Shown here: positions 46,427 to 57,648 of the stretch, piece by piece
Layout: each line of letters opens with the position of its first letter
Numbering within the stretch: position 1 is the stretch's first letter
Assembly: GCF_000007005.1 (NCBI RefSeq)
Contig: NC_002754.1
From: Saccharolobus solfataricus P2
GTDB lineage: Archaea > Thermoproteota > Thermoprotei_A > Sulfolobales > Sulfolobaceae
Length of the DNA: 64,000 bases
Reading direction: 5' to 3' (one strand)
The notes under the pieces: model-generated
Told to the model about the DNA's origin: nothing
The model's database searches: none
Seen by the model: only the letters and a program-made list of their open reading frames with translations
Position numbers and translations under genes: made by a program

Positions 46427-47484
46427 CTATTTGATGAAAGGCCTAAAGAAAACAGAGAAGACTTGTTTGATAGGGAAAAAGAGATTAAAGAAATAATGAG
46501 TAACATTAACAGGCCTTTGATTTTAATCACTGGAGTCCGAAGAATAGGTAAAACATCAGTATTAAAAGTCGCACTTAATGAGATAAAAATACCCCATGTC
46601 ATAATAGATTGTAGAAACTTACGCCCTAACTACAGTAGAGGGGATCTATACTCACTATTCTCTAACGCTTTTTCATCAAAACTATCCACCTTCCTTGACG
46701 TGCTAAGTAAGATAAGAGGGGTTAGCATTTTAGGTAACAGCGTTGAACTAAAATGGAAGGGTAGAGAATACGTCAGTTTATCAGATCTTTTTGATCATTT
46801 GAACGAGAAAAGGATAGTAATAGGGATTGACGAAGCTCAAAAATTGAGGGGACCATTATCAAATGAAATAAAAGAAGCTATTGCTCATGCTTACGATTAT
46901 GACAAAAACTAACCTTTATTTTAACGGGCTCTGAGGTGGGACTACTTCATGACTTTTTAGGAGTAGAGGACCCCGGGTCACCGCTCTATGGTAGATACTA
47001 TTTCGAGATAACGTTAGAAAGGTTTGATAAAGAAAAGAGTAGGCAGTTTTTAAGAAAGGGTTTCGAGGAGTTATCATTAAAGGTCGAGGAGAATGTAATA
47101 CAAGATATCATCGCAATGGTTGATGGTATCCCGGGATGGTTAACTTTAGCAGGTAATCAATATTTCAATAATAGGGATTTGAAAAGAGTAAAGGATCTGG
47201 CAATAAACGTTGCTTTGAACGAAATTAACAGCTTGATCTCGGTTAAAAATAACGTCTCTCCCATTGTAGCAAAACGTTACAGAACAGTCCTAAGGTGTAT
47301 AGCTAAGGGAATGAATAGTTGGAGTAAGATACTCAATTGTGTACAAAATGAGGAAGGTAGTACAATTTCCACTAGTGTTCTTAGTAACATTCTAAATACT
47401 TTGAAGAAATTGAGCATCATCGACGAAAATTACCGATTTTTAGACCCAGTTTATAAGGAAGCGTCTAGGATGCTTAGAAATTAA
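46424..47484 (+). pseudogene. Archaeal ATPase (ATPase_2/wHTH), single frameshift near 46905
   Basis: GVRRIGKTS, IGIDEAQ; the reading frame shifts in ...YDKN|LTFILTGSEVG. Confidence 0.85.
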
Positions 47485-47659
47485 TTTATAATTTTAAGTA
47501 TTTCAACTCTTTTTTGAGAAAATCGTATCATTATATTGGTATATTCAGGACAATCTTGACCTTATATTAGGGACTTACTAGTTAACCTATTATTCATTTA
47601 GGTTTTACCTCCTTGGTGAGATGATTTGGCCATTCGTCAAAAGACTCTATTACAAATGC

Positions 47660-48786
47660 TAAAAGCCTTGCCCTTCTAGGGGCTGGGATGAAAGTCTAAA
47701 TACACCCTTTCTTCTTAAAATATTTCGTGGCTAGGAGGAGGGGTAAGAAAAACCCAATCAGAGCTACTGTTGCAATGAAGATTGGCCTCACTCAATCTCT
47801 CCTAGACCTATCAAACAACTATGTTAAGCATTAAGGTATTTGTTATTCTGGTTGAAAGAAAAAGGGGTGAATCATAACCAGAACAAGAAGAAACTCCTCG
47901 ATTTAGTCCACCAAAGTGTTGGCGAACTACCAATATTGGTTATCCCAGAAACTTAAAGGAGTACTTGAACTGGAGAATGAAGGAAACTAAGCTTGTTATT
48001 AAAGGTGATGAGGCATACCTTAAAGTCGTTTTTGAGAAGGAAAGGGAAGAGATAATACCAAAGGAGAGTGTAGCAGTAGATATAATATGGATGACGTTGT
48101 AGTTGGGAAAGACGATGTTAAATACGTTAGGATCCCAACTAGACTGGCTGAGGCTCATCATTGGAAGTCATTAGCTGAGTCCCTACAAAGAAAGTATTCA
48201 AGGAGGTGGAGGAGTAATAGAGAGATTCTATTGAGGATTCGTTCTTTTCATTTGAAGGCTAGGAGGATTATGGAGGATTTTGCAAGGAAAGTTGGTAAGT
48301 GGGTTGTTGATGAAGCCAAAAGGATGGGTGCTAATGTGGTTAAGTTAGAGAGGTTAACTAATATGATTAAACGTTAGTGCTTTCAGAAAGTTTATAGCTT
48401 TAGGCAAAGGATATACCACTAGATCATAGTCTAAGAACTTTTCCAAAATACTAGTGTGAGGAACCTTTCGTCGGGGTTTAGGGATCGTCTCTATTTAATG
48501 CCGTATCGCCGTGTTCAGTATTGGGTTGAGTGGGAGGCAATGAAGTGTGGTCTTCTAGTAGAATTCGTTAACCCTAAGTGTTCTTCTGTCCTATGCCCTA
48601 AGTTTGGGAAAAAATGGAGGAAAGCGTACATCGTTGATTTCATTGTTCTTGTGGTTATGAGAATGATCGTGATGTTATTGCTGTAGTTAATCTTAATGGG
48701 AGGGGGTCTCTGACTCTCTTGACTGCTCCTCAGATGAGACCCGAATCGATAAGGGGAACCGCCATTTATGGCGTTGAGAAAGTCAG
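47660..48786 (+). pseudogene. Degraded IS200/IS605 tnpB element
   Basis: Fragments [35 protein letters not shown]; hairpin left end; ends AAAGTCAG. Confidence 0.75.
48375..48453. mobile_element. 79-bp MITE (SM1-like) inside the tnpB pseudogene
   Basis: Exact reverse complement of 6840-6918; flanked by GT/GT; removal restores IKRVRNLS. Confidence 0.85.
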
Positions 48787-49247
48787 AAGACTAAACAATG
48801 AAGGTAAAGAATTTGTTCGAGAATATTAAACACTTAAAAAGAGAAGTGTGTCACTTCAAGGAGGTCAAAGGAGAGACTCGGAGGACATGCGTTAGAGAAG
48901 TTACTAGTTGCAGCGTGGTTGACGATGGATAATTTGTATTTCAACTAGAACTAATTATGCTAGCATTTCCAGTATTTCTTATTCTTCATAATTCATTAAT
49001 ATACTATTTATAAAGTCAGAAAAGCAAAGCAGATCTTCTTTCAACATTCTATTTTAAGATAAATTTATAATGTGATGTTACTACTATAAAAACTATGAAA
49101 GATTCTATTGAAACTTATAATAATGTTATTCTCTATATTAAGTTGCATTTAGTTAAAGGCCTAGAAAACTCTAGGAAAGGCCATAATATGTTTAAGCCAT
49201 ATGTAACAAGTCACTTAGTAGTAAGTAAAAAATAGAGGAGTTCACCT

Positions 49248-51062
49248 ATGCCATTACCAGTAATACTACATGAAACTACTCAAGTTAAAGATTTAGTTAC
49301 TGCATATAGGGAAACGTTTAATGAATATCCTTCTGTTGAACAAGAAAACACGTGGAGAAGGCTCTTAGATATACTTAAAGGCCTTAATATATCTCATCCT
49401 ATAATCATGGAATATCCAATATTTACAGAAAGAGTTGACACTATCTTTGTAGATAAAAATAGAGCCTTAGTAGTTGAGGCTAAGGGTTGGAAGAAAGTAG
49501 AACGAATAGATGATCTCACTATTAAGGCTGATGGAGAGCTTCACTTAGATCCATGTTATCAACTAAACAACTATGTGACTAAATTAAACACTTTCCACTC
49601 CTCAAGTATAAAATTTGATGGTACGCTCTTCCTTTATAACACTATGGACTATTCCTCCTCGGAATGTGAAGTGTTAAGAAACCCTAATGATCTGAAGAAG
49701 AAACTTGATAACTATTCGCCGGGAGGCATACAAGATGCTGACAAAATAGTAAACGGGAAGTTTGTATTAACCAAGGACTTCATTAAATTTGTTGCTGAAG
49801 TAAAAGAACATTTAAAAGGGAACGTGGCTAAGGCAATTTTACCTTATGGTTTTGGTCTAACAGAGGAACAAGGTTTAATCTTAAGCAAAGTTTTGAAAGC
49901 TCTTGAAGATAAAGATGTGAAGAAGAACTTTCTTATAAGAGGTGGTAGTGGGTCTGGTAAGAGCTTATTAGCCGTGACTATCTTCCTTGAAGCGTTTAGT
50001 AGGGGCTATTTCACTATCTTATCTTATGTGAATCAAAGATTACTAAATACCATAAGATTACTACTAGGTGGAAGTGAAAGGAAACGTAAAGAAGGTAATA
50101 TTTACAGAAGTAAAGCACAAGCTTTATCCCAGTTTATTATGTTTTACTCGACGGGTTATGGTTTCGGAGTGGGAGAGGAGAAGTTCCCGGAGTGGTTTAA
50201 GAAAACCTTTGAAAGAGATGTAGACGATATAGACTTAATCGTATTTGACGAAGCCCAAAGGATGAATGTTAACGTAATAAAAAATTCTTCAAGAGGAAGG
50301 GTTAACGTGTATTTTTATGACGACTCTCAGATATTATTAGGAGATGAAGAGGGGACTGAAGAGACCTTTAAAAAGTATCTTACCAACGTGGAAGAATACC
50401 AATTATCCTCATCTATAAGGGTACCAAAGGATTATATAGAGGCAGTGAAAGGCTTACTTGAAGGGAGGAAAGTTACGGTAAGGGGCTATGATTTTAGGAT
50501 CTTCAATGATGTAATGAGTATGATAAATGAATTAAAGAAAAGGAAAGACGAGGGCAGAAAAGTGGCGTTAATATGCAGCTTCACGGAATCTGTGGGTGAT
50601 AAGAAAAATAAGACAAAGTGGACTTTAGAAAACATAAGGATAGGGTATCCGTTACAATCTGGTTTCGATCTTTACAAGAATACCAGTTTAAGGGTTAAGT
50701 GGCTTATGGATGAGAAAACTGAATATCCTAAATACTGGAGAGGAGAATTAGATCCCCTACAATACTGTGCCTCAGTATATGGTGCGCAGGGATTTGAGGC
50801 AGATTATGTGGGAGTTGTATGGGGAAGAGACATGATATGGAGGGATAGTTGGACCGTCAATCCAGACCTTACACCTATTACGGATTATGTGGGTGGAAGG
50901 GATTCCTTAAAAAAAGTGTTAAAAAGACACAAAACAAAGGCGCTTAAACTACTAAAGAATAGATATTACATTATGTTAACCAGAGGGATAAGAGGAGTTT
51001 ATCTCTTCTTCGAGGACCGTCAAACTGGTGAGAAAGTAGATGAATTAGTTGAGGTTATGTAG
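49248..51062 (+). CDS. Nuclease-DUF2075 (Schlafen group-3-like SF1 helicase) fusion
   Basis: N-terminal E..RVD..VVEAKGW nuclease motif; GGSGSGKS, VFDEAQR, YGAQGFEADY, YIMLTRG. Confidence 0.85.
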   Translation: MPLPVILHETTQVKDLVTAYRETFNEYPSVEQENTWRRLLDILKGLNISHPIIMEYPIFTERVDTIFVDKNRALVVEAKGWKKVERIDDLTIKADGELHLDPCYQLNNYVTKLNTFHSSSIKFDGTLFLYNTMDYSSSECEVLRNPNDLKKKLDNYSPGGIQDADKIVNGKFVLTKDFIKFVAEVKEHLKGNVAKAILPYGFGLTEEQGLILSKVLKALEDKDVKKNFLIRGGSGSGKSLLAVTIFLEAFSRGYFTILSYVNQRLLNTIRLLLGGSERKRKEGNIYRSKAQALSQFIMFYSTGYGFGVGEEKFPEWFKKTFERDVDDIDLIVFDEAQRMNVNVIKNSSRGRVNVYFYDDSQILLGDEEGTEETFKKYLTNVEEYQLSSSIRVPKDYIEAVKGLLEGRKVTVRGYDFRIFNDVMSMINELKKRKDEGRKVALICSFTESVGDKKNKTKWTLENIRIGYPLQSGFDLYKNTSLRVKWLMDEKTEYPKYWRGELDPLQYCASVYGAQGFEADYVGVVWGRDMIWRDSWTVNPDLTPITDYVGGRDSLKKVLKRHKTKALKLLKNRYYIMLTRGIRGVYLFFEDRQTGEKVDELVEVM

Positions 51063-51109
51063 TTTATACTATCGGTTAGCTGAGTATTTTTAGAACGTCC
51101 GTTATTATC

Positions 51110-51226
51110 ATGATAGTAGTGGAATATGAAGGTCTTAAAGTATACTTGAAAGATGAGGAAAGTCTCAACACTTTTCTGTTAAAATACGGAATTAGTAGAG
51201 ATGAAGTAAAGATAGTCTATTATTAG
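51110..51226 (+). CDS. Possible 38-aa protein
   Basis: MIVVEYEGLKVYLKDEESLNTFLLKYGISRDEVKIVYY*; 47 nt after the DUF2075 stop. Confidence 0.4.
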   Translation: MIVVEYEGLKVYLKDEESLNTFLLKYGISRDEVKIVYY

Positions 51227-51498
51227 AGACTTGACTAACAATTTTTTGCCTACAGAGATGAGTGTGGATAGCTGGCTAGATTTGGGTTTTCAAGAACTCT
51301 TAGACGGTTTACTGTTTGCAGTATATTTAGCAAGAGCTTCTATAACTGCTGGTTATAGCGTAGGAAGGGATCAAATTGATGAAAGCTCTTAGGGAAAGTT
51401 ATAGATCATCAAGAAGAGATTGTGAATCTTATGAAAAATTTGCTGAAATCAATAAAGAACTCATAAAGAGGATGAATTAAATGACTTTATAGAGGAAG

Positions 51499-51772
51499 GT
51501 GAACTTCTCCGCCCTCACGATGGAGATTTCCTGCTTCTCAGATTAACCTCGATCCCCATAGCGGAGGTTCCAACGAACTGTTCTGTAATGCCCCGTGTGG
51601 AAGAGAGGTTACGGAGGGTTTGCTCTCCACAGGCGTCAAGGTTAGTCCCAAGGATATGACCCTAGCGCTTCCAGCCAAGGTTTGATACATTTTATCATTT
51701 TTCCACTAATAAACGTTTCCAGGGCTATCCATCCTTACGGAAGGGGATTTTCGCCCCCTAACTTCTGATAAG
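51499..51772 (-). mobile_element. Non-autonomous IS200/IS605 derivative (SMN1-like, 274 bp), candidate omega-RNA cassette
   Basis: Minus strand: TTTAA|left-end hairpin, TATA-like TTTATTA, tnpB-tail-like scaffold, right end ...GGGCGGAGAAGTTCAC. Confidence 0.8.
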
Positions 51773-51978
51773 TTAAAAATACAGCTAGGAACGCATTATC
51801 AAGAAACAAAAGTGAATGGCTTCCTTCTTGCATTCACTAAGATATGTCTTCTATTAGATATCGAATAAGACGACTGCTTGAGAACATTCCAAATTCTAAA
51901 ATGCCTCTTGAATCTTCTGATTTTACATAAAGTATACTATAAAAATGTTTTTTAAACCGGAGAGCGGTAATTAAATTA

Positions 51979-52146
51979 ATGATTGCAAAAGTATATTCAT
52001 GTTTAGGTCCCATATATATTAAAATTGCAGAAGAGAAATGTGATGACATGGATAAAGTAATATCTGACTGGAAATATGCGTGCCTTATAGAATTCTTCGA
52101 TGAGGAAGGGAATTTAGTGGAGTCAATAGATCCCAAGGAGTTATGA
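51979..52146 (+). CDS. Small 55-aa acidic Cys-containing protein
   Basis: MIAKVYSCLGPIYIKIAEEKCDDMDKVISDWKYACLIEFFDEEGNLVESIDPKEL*; TTTTTAAA about 25-30 nt upstream. Confidence 0.55.
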   Translation: MIAKVYSCLGPIYIKIAEEKCDDMDKVISDWKYACLIEFFDEEGNLVESIDPKEL

Positions 52147-52179
52147 AAGAAAATAAGGGGGTAAAAAGAACTTTATTAA

Positions 52180-52339
52180 GGGCGATTCAGGTCTTCTTTG
52201 CGAATTGTAATTTGTTAATAATGTCGATATAAAAATAACATTAGTAATAATACATCTCTACTATTAGTAGTTTTTCATCCAATTGAATTCGATCAATCTT
52301 TGAAATAAAGTGGGTTTACATTGAATACTTAAATCACCG
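52180..52339. mobile_element. MITE, SM4-like, eroded, opposite orientation
   Basis: GGGCGATTCAGGTC...TTAAATCACCG; aligns with the reverse complement of 412-597; abuts the aceA stop. Confidence 0.75.
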
Positions 52340-53653
52340 CTATTTTAATACTTTCTGTTTTGCCTCTACAAACTGTTCAGCTTCAGTGGAACCTTCCATT
52401 GCAGTAGTGGACGCTTCTCCCCCAGACGCTATTGTTAACACTAGGTCAAAGTAATCTGTTCCAACCTCTCTCTGGTGGCTTACTGCAGTATAGCCTTCTG
52501 CTTGTGCTTGGAACTCTAACTCTTGTAGTCTTACATATGCTGGCATTCCTTCATTTCTATATGCTCTCGCTAATTTGAATGTATGGTAGTTAATTAAGTG
52601 CCAACCTGCAAGAGTAATGAATTGGAATTTATAGCCCATTTCTCCCAATTCGTTCATGAACTTGCTAATTTTAGAATCATCCATAAATTTCTTCCAGTTA
52701 AATGAGGGGGATAAATTGTACGCTAACATCTTACCTGGATAATGAGTGTGAATAGCCTCAGCAAATTGTCTAGCCTCTTCCAAATCTGGCTTAGAAGTCT
52801 CAAACCACAATAGGTCAGCATAGGGTGCATAAGCTAATCCTCTAGCTATGGCGTATTCAATACCACCCTTTATCTCATAATATCCCTCTGATGTCCTCTT
52901 TCCTGTTAAGAATTGATTATCAGTCTCATCTACATCGTTAGATAAGTATTTAGCATTCAGTGCGTCTGTCCTTGCTATTAGTATTGTTGGTACTCCTAAT
53001 ACGTCAGACGCTAGTCTTGCAGCGTTTAGTACTCTTATAAATGCACTTATAGGGATCAGAACTTTCCCTCCTAAATGGCCACACTTCTTCTCTGCTGCTA
53101 ATTGATCTTCGAAATGTACCCCTGCAGCCCCTGCCTCTATTAAGGCTTTTGTTAATTCGAAGGCGTGAATTGGACCACCAAAACCAGCTTCAGCATCTGC
53201 AACAATAGGCAGTAAATAGTCAATATCATGTTTACCCTCACTCCAAGATATTTGATCAGCCCTTATAAGGGCGTTATTTAACCTCTTTACTAGGTTTGGA
53301 ACGCTGTTAGATGGGTATAAGCTTAAGTCTGGATAAGTTTGATTTGATAAGTTGTTATCTGCAGCTACTTGCCATCCACTTACGTAAATAGCCTTAAGGC
53401 CCGCCTTTGCCATTTCCACTGCTTGGGAACCCGTTAATGCCCCAAATGTTGCCACATAGGGCTCAGTATTTAGTAAGTTCCAAAGTTTGTGAGAGGCTAA
53501 CTTAGCTAAACTATACTCAATTCTAATAGATCCTCTTAATTTAACCACATCCAAGGGCTTATAATTTCTCTTTATTCCTCTCCACCTTGGATCTTCAGAC
53601 CACTCATATTCGAGACTTTTCTCCTCTTCAATCCATTTATCTCGGATGTTCAT
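52340..53653 (-). CDS. aceA: Isocitrate lyase
   Basis: KKCGHLGGK catalytic loop, [24 protein letters not shown]. Confidence 0.97.
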   Translation of the reverse strand: MNIRDKWIEEEKSLEYEWSEDPRWRGIKRNYKPLDVVKLRGSIRIEYSLAKLASHKLWNLLNTEPYVATFGALTGSQAVEMAKAGLKAIYVSGWQVAADNNLSNQTYPDLSLYPSNSVPNLVKRLNNALIRADQISWSEGKHDIDYLLPIVADAEAGFGGPIHAFELTKALIEAGAAGVHFEDQLAAEKKCGHLGGKVLIPISAFIRVLNAARLASDVLGVPTILIARTDALNAKYLSNDVDETDNQFLTGKRTSEGYYEIKGGIEYAIARGLAYAPYADLLWFETSKPDLEEARQFAEAIHTHYPGKMLAYNLSPSFNWKKFMDDSKISKFMNELGEMGYKFQFITLAGWHLINYHTFKLARAYRNEGMPAYVRLQELEFQAQAEGYTAVSHQREVGTDYFDLVLTIASGGEASTTAMEGSTEAEQFVEAKQKVLK

Positions 53654-54114
53654 TTTTTCATCCTAATCTATATACACATATTTTAATATATAAACTTTAG
53701 CATTAATAGTTTATGTCTTTCCCTATCCAATTTAAAGATATTTTATCAACTTCTTGGCAAGGTCTAAAAAGTATTTATATTTTAAGGAATTTATAGTCAA
53801 CATTTCCATGTAATATTGACAAAAAGAAATCTTTTAATACGTCCTAAAAAGCGAAATTATAGTTAGATCTTCAACGTCATTAGTAGAATTTTACTTGACT
53901 CTAATTGAGAAAACTAAACACTTTTTAACGAAACTCTAGCTATAACTCGCATAAGCCTTTAGCTATGCGTTTACTTAACATAAAAATTAGAGAAAATAAA
54001 AAGTATTTAGATCAAGGCAGTAGAACGAGATAACCTTATGTAAATTACGATTTTTTTACAAAAAAGAAGAGTCCCCTTCATTTTTTGTTTAAAAAATAAT
54101 AAGAATTAACCTAT

Positions 54115-56595
54115 TTACCAGTAATTGTCGTAAACGTAGTCGTATAACTCCAATACCCACTTATCCAGTTCTCCTCTTTTTACCTTATCTTCAATCATTT
54201 TTCTAAACGAGAATATGCTATCCATTACCTTTGACCTCCTCTCTGGATCCAATGGAGAGAGTATGAAGAGTATCTTCCCGCTATTCATTATGTACTTGGG
54301 ATATAACATCTCTTTCATTAATATTTCCATAATTACTGGGGCCATTGATCTGTCAAACCTCGGGGCCAAATTAATAAGCTCTTCCTCGATCTCAGAAGCG
54401 TTAGCGTTAAGGATTTTTGCCAGCTTCTGAGCAGCTTCTTTAGCAGACATCTCCCTAAACGGACCTGAACTATAAGCCTTAGATATTACCTTATACACCT
54501 CTTCCACCGTTGAAGCGTTATTTGTCTTTCCAAAGGTTTCAGCTATTCTCCTAGACGCTCTCATATCTTGTTCTTTGTAAAACTCATATGTCCAATCTAA
54601 GTGTAACTCCCACAACTTCTCGAATATATCCTTTACCTTCGTCCCCTTTGTGACCTTTAGAACGTCTTCAGCTGGAATTACACCATCCTTAGTTAGCTTT
54701 GGTCCCTTAATATATCCATCCTTTGTGAAGCTAGCATCCCTATTTATTACACTCCATAGCCAAGAAGTGAATATTCTATAGGTAGCTAAGTCGTTCATGA
54801 ACCTTTGCTTTAATTCATAATCATCTATTGCCGCAGCTAAGTTGCCATTTAGCAATTGGAAACCGTAATTCGCTGCCATATAAAACGCGTGTTGAACGTG
54901 TTCTGGTGTAATGTCTCCCTCTGGGATGTCATATAACGAATGCCATAGGTCTTTTCCACCCCATAATTCCTTATTAAATAATAGCTTTTCTGGAGTGTTA
55001 ATCATTTCCTTGGTTATAACCCAAGGCGTTATTTTTCCTCTTTCATCAATTAGGCCAAGCTTTTGGAATAACGCTCTTTCTTCTGGTGTTAACCCACTAT
55101 CCACGGTGGGTAATTTGGTTCCCTCTACCTCAATGTAATTAATTGGTGCGTCAATCATTTTCTGTAACTCATCTAAACTTGCCCTTAAGGGTTTGCTCCC
55201 TGCCTCTACATAAGCTTCTTCCTTAGTCGCTACCCAACTCTGTCTGAACATATCGTAAAGTTTACCCTTTACTTTTCCGTTAACTATATCCTCTAAAGTG
55301 ATTTTACCTTCAACTTTACCCTCTGCCACAAAGATAAGTCCTATTAGCCTCTCCCTTAACTTATCTAGCTTTATTCCCCTTAATGCCTTTAAGTTGTATC
55401 TATTTCTCCCGAATGGGTCAGTTTGAGGGTAGAGCATTACTGCCGCCATACCACCTACTGGAGCAGCATCGGCTTCGCCGTTCTTCGCCCCAGCTAATAG
55501 CATCATGAGTGCGTTGTACTTTTGATAAGCCATCATGTTTGGTGAGGTCATGGTAATGTTTTGGGGATCTGGAAGTACTTTCTCTTGTAACCACATCTCA
55601 ATCAGACTTCCCAAATAGTCCCATCTACCGTTATTTGATTTTATGAGTCTCTCACGAAATATCCACAGTATTACAGGGAAAAATCTTCCAGCATTGACCT
55701 CCTCATAAAGGAGAGCGAGCTTAAGTGTACCTATCTTAAGTCCTAGTTTAGACTCGATTCTTCTCAAGATCTTTTCTATTATCAATGCCTCATCCGGTGT
55801 CTGGGTTTTAGGTAGATAGAAATATACTCCAGAACCCGCACTCTTCAGACTATTATAATTGTTTAGGGTATATATAACGGCAGAAACAATTATAGCCGGT
55901 ACTGGTTTACCATTTAACGTTATATCGAAATCCAAGAGGTGTAATCCAGGGAGTCTGTGGAAAATCACTGGCCACTTATCCCTAGGTTTGTTTAAGCTGT
56001 ACGTTTTTCCCTTCTCGTAATAAGGATTTGGAGCCTTACCGGAGAGGAAGAGTTTTACGTTCTTTCTTCCCTCCCATACGTCAGCAATTGTTTTACCAGA
56101 ACCAAAGGGTATATACCATGCAGGTGAGGCGTCTTCCTCATCTTCCATAACACATGCTACGTCTGAGTTTATTTGATTATACGCCCTACTCAGAGGATAC
56201 CAAGGTCCAGTGATTTCTAACCCTGGGTTATTGAGGGGATGTGCGTCCTTTGGTATTGGTACATTTTCATTTAACCTCCATTTTAGCTTTGACTGTACCC
56301 CGAGGAAGTTATCTATCATCCCTTGAATGATTTCCCTAAAGGTTCTCTTATTTCCATCAGCATCTACAAAGACTTCGTCAAAGGATGGAAAAGCACCTTT
56401 TGAGGTCACGGGGTCTTTTGATTCTAACCATAGTCGCCTTTTATTAATAACCTTTCTTATCTCATCTGAGAACTCAACTGCGAGCTCCTCAATTAGTTTT
56501 TCAACACTTACAATCCTATCGTTTATGGTCTTTTCTCCGAATAGGTCACTATACTTTTGATAGATCTCCTCAGGGATTTTAAGGCTAGAAGACAT
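54115..56595 (-). CDS. aceB: Malate synthase (large Sulfolobales type)
   Basis: GVYFYLPK, NNGRWDYLGSLI, PVGGMAA, MNDLATYRI; adjacent to aceA. Confidence 0.88.
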   Translation of the reverse strand: MSSSLKIPEEIYQKYSDLFGEKTINDRIVSVEKLIEELAVEFSDEIRKVINKRRLWLESKDPVTSKGAFPSFDEVFVDADGNKRTFREIIQGMIDNFLGVQSKLKWRLNENVPIPKDAHPLNNPGLEITGPWYPLSRAYNQINSDVACVMEDEEDASPAWYIPFGSGKTIADVWEGRKNVKLFLSGKAPNPYYEKGKTYSLNKPRDKWPVIFHRLPGLHLLDFDITLNGKPVPAIIVSAVIYTLNNYNSLKSAGSGVYFYLPKTQTPDEALIIEKILRRIESKLGLKIGTLKLALLYEEVNAGRFFPVILWIFRERLIKSNNGRWDYLGSLIEMWLQEKVLPDPQNITMTSPNMMAYQKYNALMMLLAGAKNGEADAAPVGGMAAVMLYPQTDPFGRNRYNLKALRGIKLDKLRERLIGLIFVAEGKVEGKITLEDIVNGKVKGKLYDMFRQSWVATKEEAYVEAGSKPLRASLDELQKMIDAPINYIEVEGTKLPTVDSGLTPEERALFQKLGLIDERGKITPWVITKEMINTPEKLLFNKELWGGKDLWHSLYDIPEGDITPEHVQHAFYMAANYGFQLLNGNLAAAIDDYELKQRFMNDLATYRIFTSWLWSVINRDASFTKDGYIKGPKLTKDGVIPAEDVLKVTKGTKVKDIFEKLWELHLDWTYEFYKEQDMRASRRIAETFGKTNNASTVEEVYKVISKAYSSGPFREMSAKEAAQKLAKILNANASEIEEELINLAPRFDRSMAPVIMEILMKEMLYPKYIMNSGKILFILSPLDPERRSKVMDSIFSFRKMIEDKVKRGELDKWVLELYDYVYDNYW

Positions 56596-57069
56596 TTGAT
56601 CCCCAATTTTAAAAAGTTGGAGAATACTATTAAATTTTTCTAAAAAAGTTTCAATTAGATATATGGAGTACCTTATGGAAGAACTTATTTCTTTTTTGAA
56701 CGTGCTTTTTAAGTTTTTAAATAAGAAATTGTATCTTGCAGCTTGTAGAGAACTCTACGATTTAGTCTCTGTGAACTGTAAGGGGAAGAGAAAAACTTCT
56801 CTCAATATTTGAGCTTAAGATTAAGGATAAATTCGTCATTGTCTAAGATTGGTGTGAATGTAACAAATTTATCTTATCTATTGAAATCCTATATGGAGTT
56901 TTTACTGGGAAACATAAGTATTTAAATTTTAAAATAATACATATATTTACCATGTCAAATAGTGGAGGAAAGGATTGGGTAACAGCGTTAAAGGTGGCCA
57001 TATCAGCCGTTGCCAACAGTTTCAGATAAACCGTAAAGTTTATATTATTTTGCCACAAACTCTTATACA

Positions 57070-57648
57070 ATGCTAAGATCAAAGGAAGCATGCCAAAGAC
57101 TAGGAATATCCTATGCAACACTTAGAGAATACGTTAAGAAAGGATACATAAAACCAGTTATACTACAGAGCGGAAAATGGAGATTCAGAGAAGAAGACGT
57201 AGAGAGGCTAATGGGAATTATTAGAAAAAGAAAAGTAATACTTTACGCCAGAGTATCATCTTCCACACAAAAAGACGATCTGGCAAACCAAGTGAAATAT
57301 CTAGAGGAACAAGTCAAAGAATACGACCAAGTAATCACAGACATAGGTTCCGGGTTAAACATGAAGAGAAAGGGGTTCTTGAAGTTGTTGAGAATGATAT
57401 TAAATAACGAAGTATCACGCGTAGTTATTGCTTACCCAGACAGACTTGTTAGATTCGGCTTCGAAATCCTGGAGGAAGTGTGCAAAGCACATGGCTGTGA
57501 AATAGTAGTAATAAACCAAGAGGACAAAGAAGAAGAATTGGTCGAAGACTTAGTCTCAATACTACTCTCATTCAGTGGGAAACTACATGGCATGAGAAGT
57601 CATAAATACGAGAAGGTGAAGAAATGTGCTGAAGAACTTAAGGCTTAA
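57070..57648 (+). CDS. tnpA: IS607 serine recombinase TnpA
   Basis: N-terminal MerR-like HTH, YARVSS, DIGSG, DRLVRFG. Confidence 0.93.
   Translation: MLRSKEACQRLGISYATLREYVKKGYIKPVILQSGKWRFREEDVERLMGIIRKRKVILYARVSSSTQKDDLANQVKYLEEQVKEYDQVITDIGSGLNMKRKGFLKLLRMILNNEVSRVVIAYPDRLVRFGFEILEEVCKAHGCEIVVINQEDKEEELVEDLVSILLSFSGKLHGMRSHKYEKVKKCAEELKA

Noticed and set aside
51255-51480. Coding-like remnant after the 38-aa ORF
   Set aside because: Multiple stops, and the family could not be identified.
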